Assembly: GCA_030141605.1 (NCBI GenBank)
Contig: JAQGDQ010000055.1
Coordinates: 372,001-436,000 of the forward strand
Reading direction: 5' to 3'
From: Tubiluchus corallicola
Taxonomy: Eukaryota; Animalia; Priapulida
Length of the DNA: 64,000 nucleotides
The notes under the pieces were generated by a model. The model saw only the letters and a list, made by a program, of their open reading frames with translations. It was not told where the DNA came from and did not search any database. Below are positions 52,163-64,000 of this stretch, piece after piece (the stretch's first letter is position 1; each line of letters starts with the position of its first letter). The position numbers and the translations under genes were made by a program.

Positions 52163-54507
52163 ACTGTGTGACTTGTGGCACTGATCAGCAGGTCTCTTAG
52201 CCCATACTCTACAAGAATATTTGACGTCAAATCACGAAAATTTGCATCCGTCTCAAGATGATCAAACCTGCCACCTAATGTGCTGTCATTAAAAGTTTCA
52301 ATTAAAGTGAACTGGGTTAACATCATTCGCGCTAGGCAAACACTATGCAAGTTATACAAGCATTGTTTCTTAATAAATAACGAATTTAATAAATATATAC
52401 GCTATTACATATTTATCACTTCTATTCTAAATCGTAATTTCTTAGCTTTTTTTCAAAGTACGTTAAGACAAAACGCCTGGATTTAAATAACTAATTATTA
52501 AACAACGATTATTAAATAACCAAGTATTGCTTGACCATTACCTATTATTAATTACTTTCCATTCTATATTAACTAGCAAATATGTTTAGTAAGACCGCTT
52601 TAAGAACAAAAATACATTTTCAGAATTTTGTGAAACAAAACAACTATTTTGAAAGACAAAATGTATTTCATTATGAATTTTGCTTACACGCCGCAATTTA
52701 ATGTTTAATGGTTCCAAAAGTAAATAATTTGATAAATAAAACAGGGTCAATACATGCTTACAACACAGCTGAAATTATATGATAAGTAATGAATTAACAT
52801 TGAAGATTTACGATAAGAAATGTTAAAGAGTCAAGCCATAATCCAAGCAAACAAACAAAATCAAATCGAACAGAAGATGATCTTTTGAATAACAATATAA
52901 AATAGTGAAAAATACTACTAATTACTAGTATTTGTTAATTTTTATTGCTATTCAAAATCTATTTCGCATCGTTGATTACAGTGACTAATATAAGAAGTCA
53001 AACTGACACCGCACAAAACTTCTACAATGTTTGATTTTTAAATACAAAAATTCCAACGAACGCAAATTAAATAAAAATTCAAAAGTTACTACTTCAATTT
53101 CATGAATTCTGAATATCTTAAAATCTTAACAAAAAATGTTCGATCATTAATGTAATTTATAAACTGAAGACAATTCGCAATTTGGTAGAAAAAGCAATTT
53201 GGTTGAAATACGGTGTTTTAATAATCTGTTGACATTTCGAAAATTTCTTACAACGAAAAAAATCCCAAATAAGAAACAAAAATTTTAAAATGGAGGAAAC
53301 TCAGTCATCAATTATGCAAATGCATGACTGCGTTGTTTAAGTTTTTCGCATTTTTCTACGTACGCATTAGCTGGTTCATTCCAAACTGATTCTGGCGGCA
53401 AATTAAAACAAGTTCATAGAGGCCTAACATTTTCATGACTCGCCGCTAAAGAATTATGATGTTAAATTAGAGTATTAAAACACCGTTAAGTTTGCGTGAA
53501 AATTTGCTGACTTACCCGTTGCTTATCAGACACAAAATAACCATTAACTAATACGCGTCATAACTGCGCTGTTTGCGGCTTATTGACGGTGAAGCCAAAA
53601 CCTTAATGGCGCATCTAAAACACTGTCCAAACGTCCAAACGAAGGTTCACCAGTTACGTTAAACACATCGTTAAATAATATGTGGGCAAATCTTCGCAAA
53701 GTATCCCATCTCAATTGCAACACTATTTGCAACAACGAAGCTTATTCATACAATTTTCAAGGTTTTTAAACTTTATATGATAATTACAAGCAACGCATTC
53801 CTGCCCGCCGCTCGCCAAGCACCTTTGTGCAAAATTATATATACATTAGCATCACCAATAAACGTATTTCATGTATGTTTGTTTGCATTATATTAGTTGT
53901 GCTCACAGCAACAAATGTAACAGCAAACGGAGCGGCTCCTGAAAGGGATGATCACAAATATGATCGGAAGAAATATCTAATCTTAACTTTTTGTTTGATT
54001 CATTGGATAAGTAAGTGAACAATGTGTTTTGAACTTCACTGAAGCAGTCTGATTTGGTTTCATTGCAATAACCGTGTGACAGATTAGAGGCATAGCCATT
54101 TTGGTGTGATGGCACCCCTTTGCGTATGAAGGTGCAAACAAACAAACAGCACTTAATGCACCTGTACGCTGCAATTATTTCCCGAAACTGGGGCACAAAG
54201 GGAACACAACACCTATAACTGAACTTGTAATACCTTGTTTTGTTTGCCTTCACACTTAACTTATTAATAATAATTCGTTTACTCAGCCAAGTCGGCTTAT
54301 GTTCGCTTTACTTTTCTGTTGGTCTCTGTGTTCAACACACACCCGCAACTTTTTTACGGTATGGTGGCAGCACCAGTACGTAGTCTGAATGGAAGCCACT
54401 ACAACAGACTCTTAATGCCTAGCCCACAATGTCCTTCAAAAGAGTAATATTCAAAACCTGAACTCCGTTCACACGAGTAGTTTTCACTATTTATTATAAT
54501 AATATTA

Positions 54508-54547
54508 ATTATTATTATTATTATTATTATTATTATTGTTGTAGTTG

Positions 54548-54593
<46 letters not shown>
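54508..54593. repeat. (ATT)n/(GTT)n microsatellite
   Basis: Directly visible. Confidence 0.95.
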
Positions 54594-54594
<1 letters not shown>

Positions 54595-56033
54595 AGTCTT
54601 TTATCGCTTTATAATGATATAGGAGTAGATACGTCTTTCTAAGTAAATTAAACGCATTCTGACATTTTAAAACTGCATTGATACTGTTTTAGCGTTGCTT
54701 TAGTTTTGCTATAAAGCAATAATATAGTGTCTAATTAGTTTATAATTTATATCATTTTAGTATGTAACGCGGAGAAACCCGATTAGCAGGCTCTCGTTAG
54801 AAAATTAACCGACGTTAGAAAATTGATAGATTCTAGTTGTTAGGCAGAACTTGTTAAGATGATATGCTCAAATATGGGTGACATATTTCTATCCATGCGC
54901 ATAAATCAATTGCGCATCCATAGGTTTAACAAAAGGGGCCACCTTCCCAGTCCGGGGACAGAAAGAGCCTGTGTCTTGATAACTTTATACCAGCTTGTAC
55001 CTGAAACGTCTAGTTCTGATCTACGTATCTAATAAATGTTGGTTTTGTAATTCGAAACTTTATGGTTTTACAGCCTTCTTGGCTGTTCACGCACATTGAC
55101 TCATACGAATTCATGGACCACCAGAAGGAGCTGCAAACAGCCACGGAAGGCAACTTTATTAAGCAGCATTACCAGCGGCATTAAGGGGAACAGCTACTTA
55201 GTTCTTTCCTTCATTATGGTACTTCCTGTTTACTAACGTGTTACCTTGATGTTCATCCACCTGTGTGTGTGTGTCACCTGGCGTTCTGCTGAGTCTTTCT
55301 TTTTTTCTGTTTGAAGAGAATTCTGATTTTGCCGATGGTCTGAAGTAATTTGAGAACTTTTGTCATAACATCATAAACGTGAATTCTGTTAGATTTTCTT
55401 TGTTGTGAACTCGCTTAAAATATATTTGCGCTCCACTGTGCAAATTATTAGTGTATAAAATAATAATTACAACAATTCCTGGTGTCTGGTATACATAATT
55501 ATGTATATCACCGGTTCGTGGCAGTGTTTTTAAGCAGTTAGTTTTAATTTTAATACACTCGATAAATCTGCTATGTTCTTCTGAATTACGAAATTTTTTG
55601 AAACTGCGGACATGGGAACTACAACGCTGACACCCCAAAATCGTTGTCATTTTGATTTGCAATTGTGCGGCAATTTTGCGATGAAATTCACATTTATTTT
55701 GCTGTTTCTTATGTCGTATGGTCTGTTACGCGAGTTATTTACAAATTTTTTCCGTGGTTCGTCTTACAACTTACATGATATACGAGAACGACGAAGATTA
55801 ACAGTTAACGTAGCCTTGACTGCCTGCGATAATAAGACACGTGTTCTGGAACAATTTAACATTTTAGTAAAATCTACTCTTATGGTTACAACTTCTTTAA
55901 TTCACCTTCACATCTTTACTGATAATAACAACACGAAGAAACAAGCGATCGAAATACTAAATGAAATGAATAAAACGAAAACATTTGTAGCAAACTTTTA
56001 CTATGAACTATTGAACTATGAATTTTATTCCAC

Positions 56034-56720
56034 ACATCAAAATACATTATTATACACATAAATAAACAATAAATAAAATAATTTGAGTAGTGTGAGGTGA
56101 GTGTACGACCATACGGTCATTAACACACTCACCTTACTTAAATGAAAAAATTAATAAAGTTATGCGTGCTTTTTTAGATGACTCAATGAAAAAGGAAACA
56201 TTAGAAAAACATAATATGTAATTACGATTTTGATATGAATATTGAAATAATTTTGAAATAAAGTAAATGATGTAATAATAGCAAGGAAACATAAGAAAAA
56301 AATAATATGGAATTACGATTTAGATATGAATATTGAAATAATTTTGAAATAAAGTAAATGATGTAATAATAGCAAGGAAACATAAGAAAAACATAATATG
56401 GAATTACGATTTTGATACGAATATTGAAATAATTTTGAAATAAAGTAAATGATATAATAATAGCAAGGAAACATAATATGTAAAAACGATTTTGATATAG
56501 ACTGCGATGAATGAATAATTCATTTAAATTGATTTATACATTTTACTAATAAAGTAACATTAGTAAAAGAAAAACATTAGTGCAAAAAGACACACATGCA
56601 CAAAAAGAGAAAAAAAAGCTCTAGTTTTCTACGCCAATGAATATTTACTAAGTAAAAATATCTTGTATTGTTTGGTAGCTATTTGTAAAGAAGGAGAGGA
56701 AATGATTGTATTGGGTACAC
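56034..56720. mobile_element. 687-bp insertion flanked by the 8-bp direct repeat TATTCCAC
   Basis: TATTCCAC at 56026-33 and 56721-28, exactly where GXYLT similarity stops and resumes; no GT/AG at the junctions. Confidence 0.7.
56192..56499. repeat. 91-bp tandem repeat x3.4
   Basis: aaggaaaca... restarts at 56192, 56283, 56374 and 56465. Confidence 0.92.
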
Positions 56721-59218
56721 TATTCCACCCCTGGTATCCTATAGTGAAAACTATACCAAGTAGTTGAACCCAGCAAAGAAACGCTGCAACACAGCATGGC
56801 TTTTCCTTCCAGATGTTTTATCAAATGTGGACAAGATTTTGGCAATTGACTTGCACGTAATTGTAGTGAAACCTCTAGAAGTACTCTGGCGTCATTTTGA
56901 AAATATGTCACAATCTCAGATGATGGGTCTCGCATTTGATTACCCTGGACCGCATACTACTCGTTTGCGTCGTCGTTATCATCATTATCGTAGTCATCGC
57001 CGTCGTTATCACAAACATAAAATATCCGAGTCATTTCTTACACACTACAAGGGCTTAAATTCTGGAGTAGTTTTACTGGACTTGAAGAAAATGCGAAAAT
57101 CAAACTGGAAGACAGAAGTAATGCGAATATTTAAAATTACTAGCGAGTGTTCGCCTGCTAAAGGAGTTTTTACAGATTGTTTGGTACCGCAAAACACTTG
57201 CAATATGTACTTTTATGAAAATCCCGAAAGACTTTATTTTCTTCCCTCTCACTGGAACTTCTGGTGGGGACAGGGTTTCTTTGAAGGATACTGCAAGACT
57301 GCTTAGGCACATGGCATAGGAATTTTACACGGTGCGTGGGAAACTTTTTACAAAAAAGAAGACGAATGTAAATGGATATTTTCTTATTTGTTCAAATTTT
57401 ACAAGTCCGTGCGCGTTAATGAAACCAAAGTTTCTGTGATCGAAAAATCGAAAAAAATTCGTGATCAAACTCCATTTCAAAATGAAAAGTCTATAGAAAA
57501 ATTCACACGATGCATGACACTTGTAGAATTCATTCTCTTATCTCTAAATATAAATTACTGAGAAAATAGAAAAGTTAGAAGTATTATTGAAACTACATTT
57601 TGTGATTGAAGGTGGTCTATCATGTTATATCTAATATCTAATAAATTCAAAAGAACAGGTATTATTAAATGCTGAGTGCATCATACTAAAATGTCTTCCT
57701 CTTGAAAATTACATAAATACATCATTTAACACAGGTGTAGTTTCAAATAATAATGCAACCAACATTATTTCTTAATCTGTGTTAAACATAAAAAGGGGGC
57801 TAAGAATTTTGCTAATGTTTGCAGTCGTGTTTTATAAATTAAACTAGAAAGCTCAATTACTTTATATGTAGTTACATTACTAAAAAGAACGCTGATAGTT
57901 TTAGTTTTCGGTTCGACCTACGTCACCTGCCGAGGGGTCACTCTAACGATTGAGCTAATTATATTTCTGACCATAGCCTACCCTACCCATCAAATTTCGG
58001 TGTACGTAGTAGACATAGGACGGAGTAGACTCCAATTGTCCATTTTAGGGGAAACAGCGCATCTAATCAAGATCCATTTATGACAGTTAGAAAACTATCG
58101 TTACAGTATTTGCACTTAGCTTAAAGTTGATCATTTATCAATCATCTAATAATTGTTTTTAGCACATTAATCTATCGATTACTTATCGTGGCTAGGGCAA
58201 TGGGTCGGCAAGTTCTAGAAAGAATGTGCTCTACAAGGAGGTGGCGCGTTCAAGCGTTTAACAGCAGTTTGAAACGCTGACATTATACGACTAAAAATAC
58301 TTCACAAATATGATCGGTCTCTTTGCTGCATTGCGTGAAATACATATTTTGAGTTTTTTGTTAGAAAACTTAGAAACTGAATGTGTTTACACTATATGAA
58401 ACAGAACACCCCACTATCTTGGTACCCTAGATAGTGAAAGTGAAAAATTGTTTTTTAATCTGCGTTGTTTATTTAGTATAGTAAGTTCATACATAGTACC
58501 TATATCTAAACTTGCGTGTTATAGCACTTTAGTGTATAGTGTAGTGTACTTCTAGTGTAAAGCGTTCATTAGCTTACAATGAAATGTTGCGTCTTCATTT
58601 ACTTAAAAGATTATACGTTTGAAAAGTTTTAAACTGCTTTTTCCTCTTTGCGTGAGGTTGTTCAGTTGTTTAAGTTTGAAGTGGAAATTGAATTTTTTTA
58701 TGCTGAAATTTTAACCGTGGTGTAGACAAACATGTTTAAACATGTGAATATTATCATTTGGATTGTTCAAAGGCTTCTTACTGTGATCACCTAATTGCCT
58801 TTTCTATCAACTTTATCACTTTGAACTGCACATGTTTAACTATTAAGTGAGACCCTAGTCAACGTGGATGACGGCCCGTCAGGTGGGCCTGCTACAAATG
58901 TTTGTGAGCCAAGATTACGGTTAAATCTGAATAACAGTTTCTATCAAATTATCTAGAGTTCTCGACCGAAGTCATCTCATGCAAAAATGTAGCTTATCCT
59001 TTAAAGAAGAAACAATGGCGCAACACCTGCGCACAAGAATAGGCATTGCTCCATCTAAGGTAGATAATGCTCATCGAATCATTTTTAACTATAAGGTGCT
59101 ACGCTATGGTCATCTACGAGTTATTAGCAGTTCCATAATGACTTAGATCAGCGCCAAGAAATGGAATTTGAGTGCATGACTTTGACATCAAGTAGTTTAC
59201 TAACATGGTAATTAAAAG

Positions 59219-59896
59219 ATGCAAAACATGCAAAGAGGGGAGTGGTATGAAACAGACACGCCCATTGACTACATCTTTCAATACACCATCATTTTCCTCT
59301 GTTTGTTCAGCAATGGACTTGTCCTTGTAGTATTCTTCCGTGAAAGGGTGTTCAATTATGCAAAGTACTTCTACTTCGTCAGCCTTTCACTAGCAGGAGT
59401 TCTTTTGACAATAGGCTACACCATTGAAGTTACTGCCAGATTATTTGGCAGCACAAATGACATCCTTTGCACGGTGGTCTTCAGCATAATACAGGCAGCC
59501 GCAGCCGCCATGATGTACCAAATCTTCATCGTGACAGTGGACAGGTACATAAGCGTGGTTCACACGTTCTGGTACGCCGAGCATGTTACGAAGAGGACAA
59601 CACGTGTGACGACGACATTAGTGTGGACGTTAGGTGCCATCTTTGGGTTGGCAACTGGAATTTTCACCATAGGTGATAGTGCAGAAACGTGCAATTTCAC
59701 TTGGATGTACGGACACAGTTACACCTGGACCGTGACCATCATTTGCGTGTACCTGCCAATTGCCATTATGATTGTGCTTTATGCCAGAATGTTTGCAGTG
59801 GCTAGAAGGCATGTCAAAAGGATGAGTTCCATGCCTAGTGTGGCTTCTTATGTTAATCAGAATGGTAGTGATTTACCAACAACTACCTCTCAAATG
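59219..59896 (+). CDS. Class A (rhodopsin-like) GPCR exon 1, TM1-TM5 (adenosine-receptor-like orphan)
   Basis: SNGLV (TM1), C3.25, VDRY, LVW (TM4), YLP..LY (TM5); donor ATG|GTAAGA, phase 0. Confidence 0.9.
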
Positions 59897-60072
59897 GTAA
59901 GATCTCATAATCAAACTATTAATTAAACTCTACCAGATCAATCTCAGTCAGGTGTAAGGGAACATGAGAAAAATATAGATGACTAAAATAATTGATGTCT
60001 GCTGAAAATAGAGATCGATAAAACAGCACATTTAATGACACCCAAAATACTGTTGTGCTTGTAAGTAGTTAA

Positions 60073-60703
60073 AGGAAAACAGGATGATTTTTCAAAGTCT
60101 ACCCATTTTGAAATACGGTGAAAAGCAGAGGCATTTTAAGACCTATAATAACGCTAACGCCTTTCTGTAATGAAATAATAGGTTAAAAACTTAATTAACA
60201 GCTGAATCACAGCTGAAACAGATGGCATCACAACTGAACGTATTTATTAATAGCATAAACATCGGTAATGAGCGTGTTGCCCGTGTTTGCGGAAGCGAAA
60301 ATTGATGTATAATGCTACTGAACATTATGTACAACATTGGGTGGGATATAGAAAAACTCGGAAAATTTTAAGCTTAGAATTTAAATTTCAAATTTACTAC
60401 TATGGTCACGCATGAGCTTTCGAACGTGTGCACTACCTCACAACTGAATACCACTAAACTGAGAGGTGCACCACCTGGTTTTTGTGCAACGCAATTCTGA
60501 GATGCAGGCACTAGTGCTCATCTAACTAGCGAATAGAGAAGTGCATGTAACAGCGAAGAACTAGTGGCGTGAACGTGAAATTACTTTCATTACTGGTAAT
60601 AATTCTTTCACGAAGGTCATTATAGTAAAAGTAGGATGTTTCCTTTCAGCATTTTATAGGGTAGATTGTTTAAGCAACAGTTTAACTGAGGTCCGGTTTT
60701 CCT
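60073..60703. mobile_element. Family K1 (Kolobok-like) copy filling most of the GPCR intron
   Basis: TTAA|AGGAAAACAGGA...TCCGGTTTTCCT|TTAA (11/12 TIR). Confidence 0.8.
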
Positions 60704-60821
60704 TTAAGATCTGAAGTTCAAAAAAAATGAATGCCCATGAATTCCAAGTTACATGAATTTCTCAAGAGAAACAACCTCGCTTGTGAAATGCAAGGACCCA
60801 CAACTGTTTTTATTATTTTAG

Positions 60822-61895
60822 AGAAGAAGTTCTCGAAACTCGCTTCTAACAAACTTGAAGAACAACTGGAAGGCTGCAATCACAATATCCATTGTATTTG
60901 GAGCATTTCTGATAACGTGGGGACCGTTCATGATCATCTCAAAATTAGACGCATACGACGTCATCGAGACAGAAATCTTTGAAAATCCATCAATATTCGG
61001 CATGCTAGCTGTGTGTAATGTGATTTTAAATCCGATAATATACATAATAAGAAGCGAGGAATTCCGGAAAGCATTGAAGCGTCTGTTTAAGTCGTGTTCC
61101 TCTTGTGGAACACACGTAGACCTCAACAGTTCGCTAAGTCAAAGTATTTTCTATATAACAGACAATTTCGTGAACAATGGTCTTCAGCACGCTTACACAA
61201 ATAATTTGTACAGCTCCAGGGATGACATTGACACTAACTGTGTGGGTAGCCCTACATCAGAGGACGCACATATGCACAGCGACAGTGCAGGTGTGGCTGC
61301 AATGTTTTGGATTGGTGATGATTCCGTTGATGAAGATGCTAACAGCAGTGTTTTGAACAACACTTATGAGTCAATTGACTGGAATGCACTGCCCAACGGC
61401 AGCACTAATAATGACACAAATGCTTCACATTCAGAGCGCAACAGCTACGATACACTGAATATAGTCGGTGCAAGATCTCAAAGAAGTGAAGTAAGAAAGC
61501 ACTTGTTCTTAGATATTAACAGTGGGCAAATACACTTTAATAATGGCAGCCATATTATCCACAGTCAAACAAATGGATCTGCAGATGTATGCACTAATAC
61601 CACAAATGGAAGGGCTGCAGCATTCTACATAGGACCAGAATTATCAGAAACGGGTGACACAATGAATAAAGGCGAAACGCAAGATAAAGTTGGTACCATT
61701 AACACTAACACAACTAAAGTCAAGAAACCAAATGATAGTCCGACTAGGACAGTAACATTTCAATTAGATACTGACCCTACGGCAAAAGAAACTGACCTCA
61801 CCAAGCATTTTGAATGCAGTAATGTTAAAATCACAAATAGTGCCATGGTGTCAGAAAATAAGTCAGATAATGCGGTATTCTATTTAGAATTATGA
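60822..61895 (+). CDS. Class A GPCR exon 2, TM6-TM7 and long C-tail (total 583 aa)
   Basis: tattattttag acceptor, phase 0, in frame with KAAITISIVFGAFLITWGPF, NPIIY, EEFRKALKRLF; TGA ends at 61895. Confidence 0.9.
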   Translation, partial: RRSSRNSLLTNLKNNWKAAITISIVFGAFLITWGPFMIISKLDAYDVIETEIFENPSIFGMLAVCNVILNPIIYIIRSEEFRKALKRLFKSCSSCGTHVDLNSSLSQSIFYITDNFVNNGLQHAYTNNLYSSRDDIDTNCVGSPTSEDAHMHSDSAGVAAMFWIGDDSVDEDANSSVLNNTYESIDWNALPNGSTNNDTNASHSERNSYDTLNIVGARSQRSEVRKHLFLDINSGQIHFNNGSHIIHSQTNGSADVCTNTTNGRAAAFYIGPELSETGDTMNKGETQDKVGTINTNTTKVKKPNDSPTRTVTFQLDTDPTAKETDLTKHFECSNVKITNSAMVSENKSDNAVFYLEL

Positions 61896-61923
61896 AAAAG
61901 AGATATTAGAGCAACAGGCGTTC

Positions 61924-62687
61924 AGACCGGGAGCCCAGAGCACTTTAATCCAAAATTCCAACACATAAGGTTTGAGTAGCAAAACAGAAAGCACAAAGGC
62001 CAAGTTTCAAAAATATGTTTGTCTTGTGTTGTGCAATCAGTAATGAGAGGTCAAAGGTCAAGTAAAATAAGCCAAAAATAACTATTTAATGCAAAATTTG
62101 AGCACAAAATTTTTCTTGCCAGTGTCTAAAGCATGGTCAGTAGTGCTTAGATTCATGGTCAAGACGAAAAAATACTGAATCTGTATTCAAGACAAAAGAA
62201 ATGCAGTCGTAAATATCCTTAAGACAAAAAAATTGTATACTGTCCACAGTGATCATCGTTCAAAATTATAACTGAAGAAATTACAAACGTCTATAATAAT
62301 TTTGTTACAATAATATTTATACGGTAATTGGTTTGGCGTACATAATGGATACGTAAGCATTAAAACAATGGGATTTCATTTGCTCAAATAGCTAGCTTTA
62401 CTTAAAATTTGACCAATTTACTGTAACTGACACAATAAACTAATTTGGATAAATTCAATTTTGGAGATACAATAAATTCAATATCAGTTGTAACGTGTTT
62501 CCTGCAAAACATTTAATAAAAATTTTTGCCAATATTTCAATTTTGTAGACATGGAGTTTGAAATTATGACCGATTTTCAGGTGACAAAAAATCCCATAAG
62601 TCACAAATTGCAGGTTGTAGCTAGATTGTATCTCAAACCTTTTGTGCTCAAATTTTGCATTTAAAAAATGCTCTGGGCTCCCGGTCT
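61924..62687. mobile_element. MITE with ~55-bp imperfect TIRs just 3' of the GPCR stop
   Basis: AGACCGGGAGCCCAGAGCA...aaggtttgag / ctcaaacctt...TGCTCTGGGCTCCCGGTCT. Confidence 0.85.
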
Positions 62688-64000
62688 ATTTGTGTACAAA
62701 AGCATAACTGTAAAAATGGGGTATGAACGCGCAAATAATTAATAATTTAATAATAAACTAAATAAATTTTGTTGTAAATAGAAAGGCCAAAGGCACTATA
62801 TTAAAAAGTTATTAAGTTAAAACTGGAATTATGTTAAAACTCCTAAAATGATGTCATTTTGCAATTAATTTTATTAACCTTAGATACACAACTGCATATA
62901 CAATACTATATACAGCTACAGCATTATAAATAAATTTACCCAAATCAAAATGCGCCTTCACAAAAAGAGATGACAGAAACGCGAAATTTGTTGTCAGTTT
63001 TTGTGAGGATTTTTGCAAAAACAAACATATCAGTAAGTAAGCATAAAAACCAAAGATAAACACAAGAATACTAATGGCACTGCCGTGTTAATCAGTAAAA
63101 GACACTATTACTCTCATATCAGCATCATGTTTCGTCATTGCAACAATGAAGGGTGCAATTGCTCAACGGACCAGTTACACATCAATAGCTGAGAAACCTA
63201 GCTTTACAGATTGTCTAACAAACTAGCTTTAAATATTTACAAAATTTCAGTGTACTACAAACCGAAAATTTCCCAAACTGGGTGAAAATGACATCAGACT
63301 TTCAGGATAAAATGTGACAAATCAAAGGTCTCTGTCAGCAACACAATTATGTCAACAAGTAAGTATATAATAATATGCATTGCTTATATGTTACACATGC
63401 GAATGATTACAGCTATGTTCACAATAAATTTATATACAAATTGAAAAAATATTTATGACAGTGTCATTAACATCAAGAAAAAGTAATATACAAGGGAGTT
63501 ATACTGCAAATAAGTTCTTCAAGTAGTTTAGACTGGTGATGGGCAATTAATAGACTAATTGAATTAATCGAGATTTCAACGATGCATAAATCGATATAAT
63601 CGAGAGAAAAATATATGCCACACGCTGACTAAAATGCAGTGCTTTAGTACAAATAAACGGAATTCTTACATGTTTTCTTGATTTTTCTCACCTTACACTA
63701 TGCACACAATTGCAAACTAGTGTTGCAAACTGTAGGCTTCAAATTCAGTTTCGTTTGAAATGTGCAGTGACAGTTAACGAATGCTGAGAGTACGAAAATG
63801 GTAGACATCAATGAAAGCTGTGAAAAAATTATATTTCAGTGCTCCAACGTTTAAAAAGTAGAGCTAAAACACTAGAAAATTGTCACAAATAATTAATCAT
63901 GACATCGAATTACAAGAACAAGATTATAATCGAATTACAAAATTTCAAAATTACCAATCACTAGTTCAGACTCAGATTACCAACAGACAGATGGAGAAAT

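Larger units (their letters stand above)
55681..57561 (+). pseudogene. Glucoside xylosyltransferase-like (GXYLT/shams, GT8 family) pseudogene
   Basis: Signal-anchor MKFTFILLFLM, VALTAC..LVKS..HLHIFTD, RCNTAWLFLPDVL, GLNSGVVLLDLKKMR, HWNF, ILHG. Disrupted by an insertion (56034-56720), a frameshift, TAG 56761-63 and TAG 57304-06; DxD reads DLH. Confidence 0.82.

Noticed and set aside
57304-57306. Programmed stop-codon readthrough in the GXYLT-like gene
   Set aside because: Additional lesions (insertion, frameshift, second TAG, lost DxD) make pseudogenisation simpler
57905-57960. tRNA-like sequence on the minus strand (tagctcaatcgttagag...ggtcgaacc)
   Set aside because: Too degenerate to fold a cloverleaf; at most a SINE relic

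Overview
AT-rich animal (invertebrate, probably ecdysozoan/arthropod-like) genomic DNA with spliceosomal introns. I reconstructed four genes by hand. (1) A two-RRM couch potato/MEC-8/RBPMS-family gene (+, nine exons at 9296-34702; its first coding exon was not found and is probably upstream of the window). (2) Facing it tail-to-tail, a gustatory-receptor(-like) 7TM ion-channel locus (-, 41862-52162). Four tandem ~1 kb paralogous first exons (TM1-TM6) each end at the same phase-0 GTAAG donor, and only one set of three small 3' exons (TM7 with the TYhhhhhQF signature) was found. This is a 4-variable/1-constant cassette gene, not four genes as the ORF track suggests, and it is the most notable feature. 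(3) A GXYLT/shams-like GT8 glycosyltransferase pseudogene split by an insertion flanked by an 8-bp direct repeat. (4) A two-exon class A GPCR with a long, motif-repeating C-tail. The rest is a decayed EGF-repeat remnant, several MITE families (Kolobok-like TTAA, Tc1/pogo-like TA, hAT-like), tRNA-derived elements, minisatellites and microsatellites. All calls come from manual reading, with no database search.
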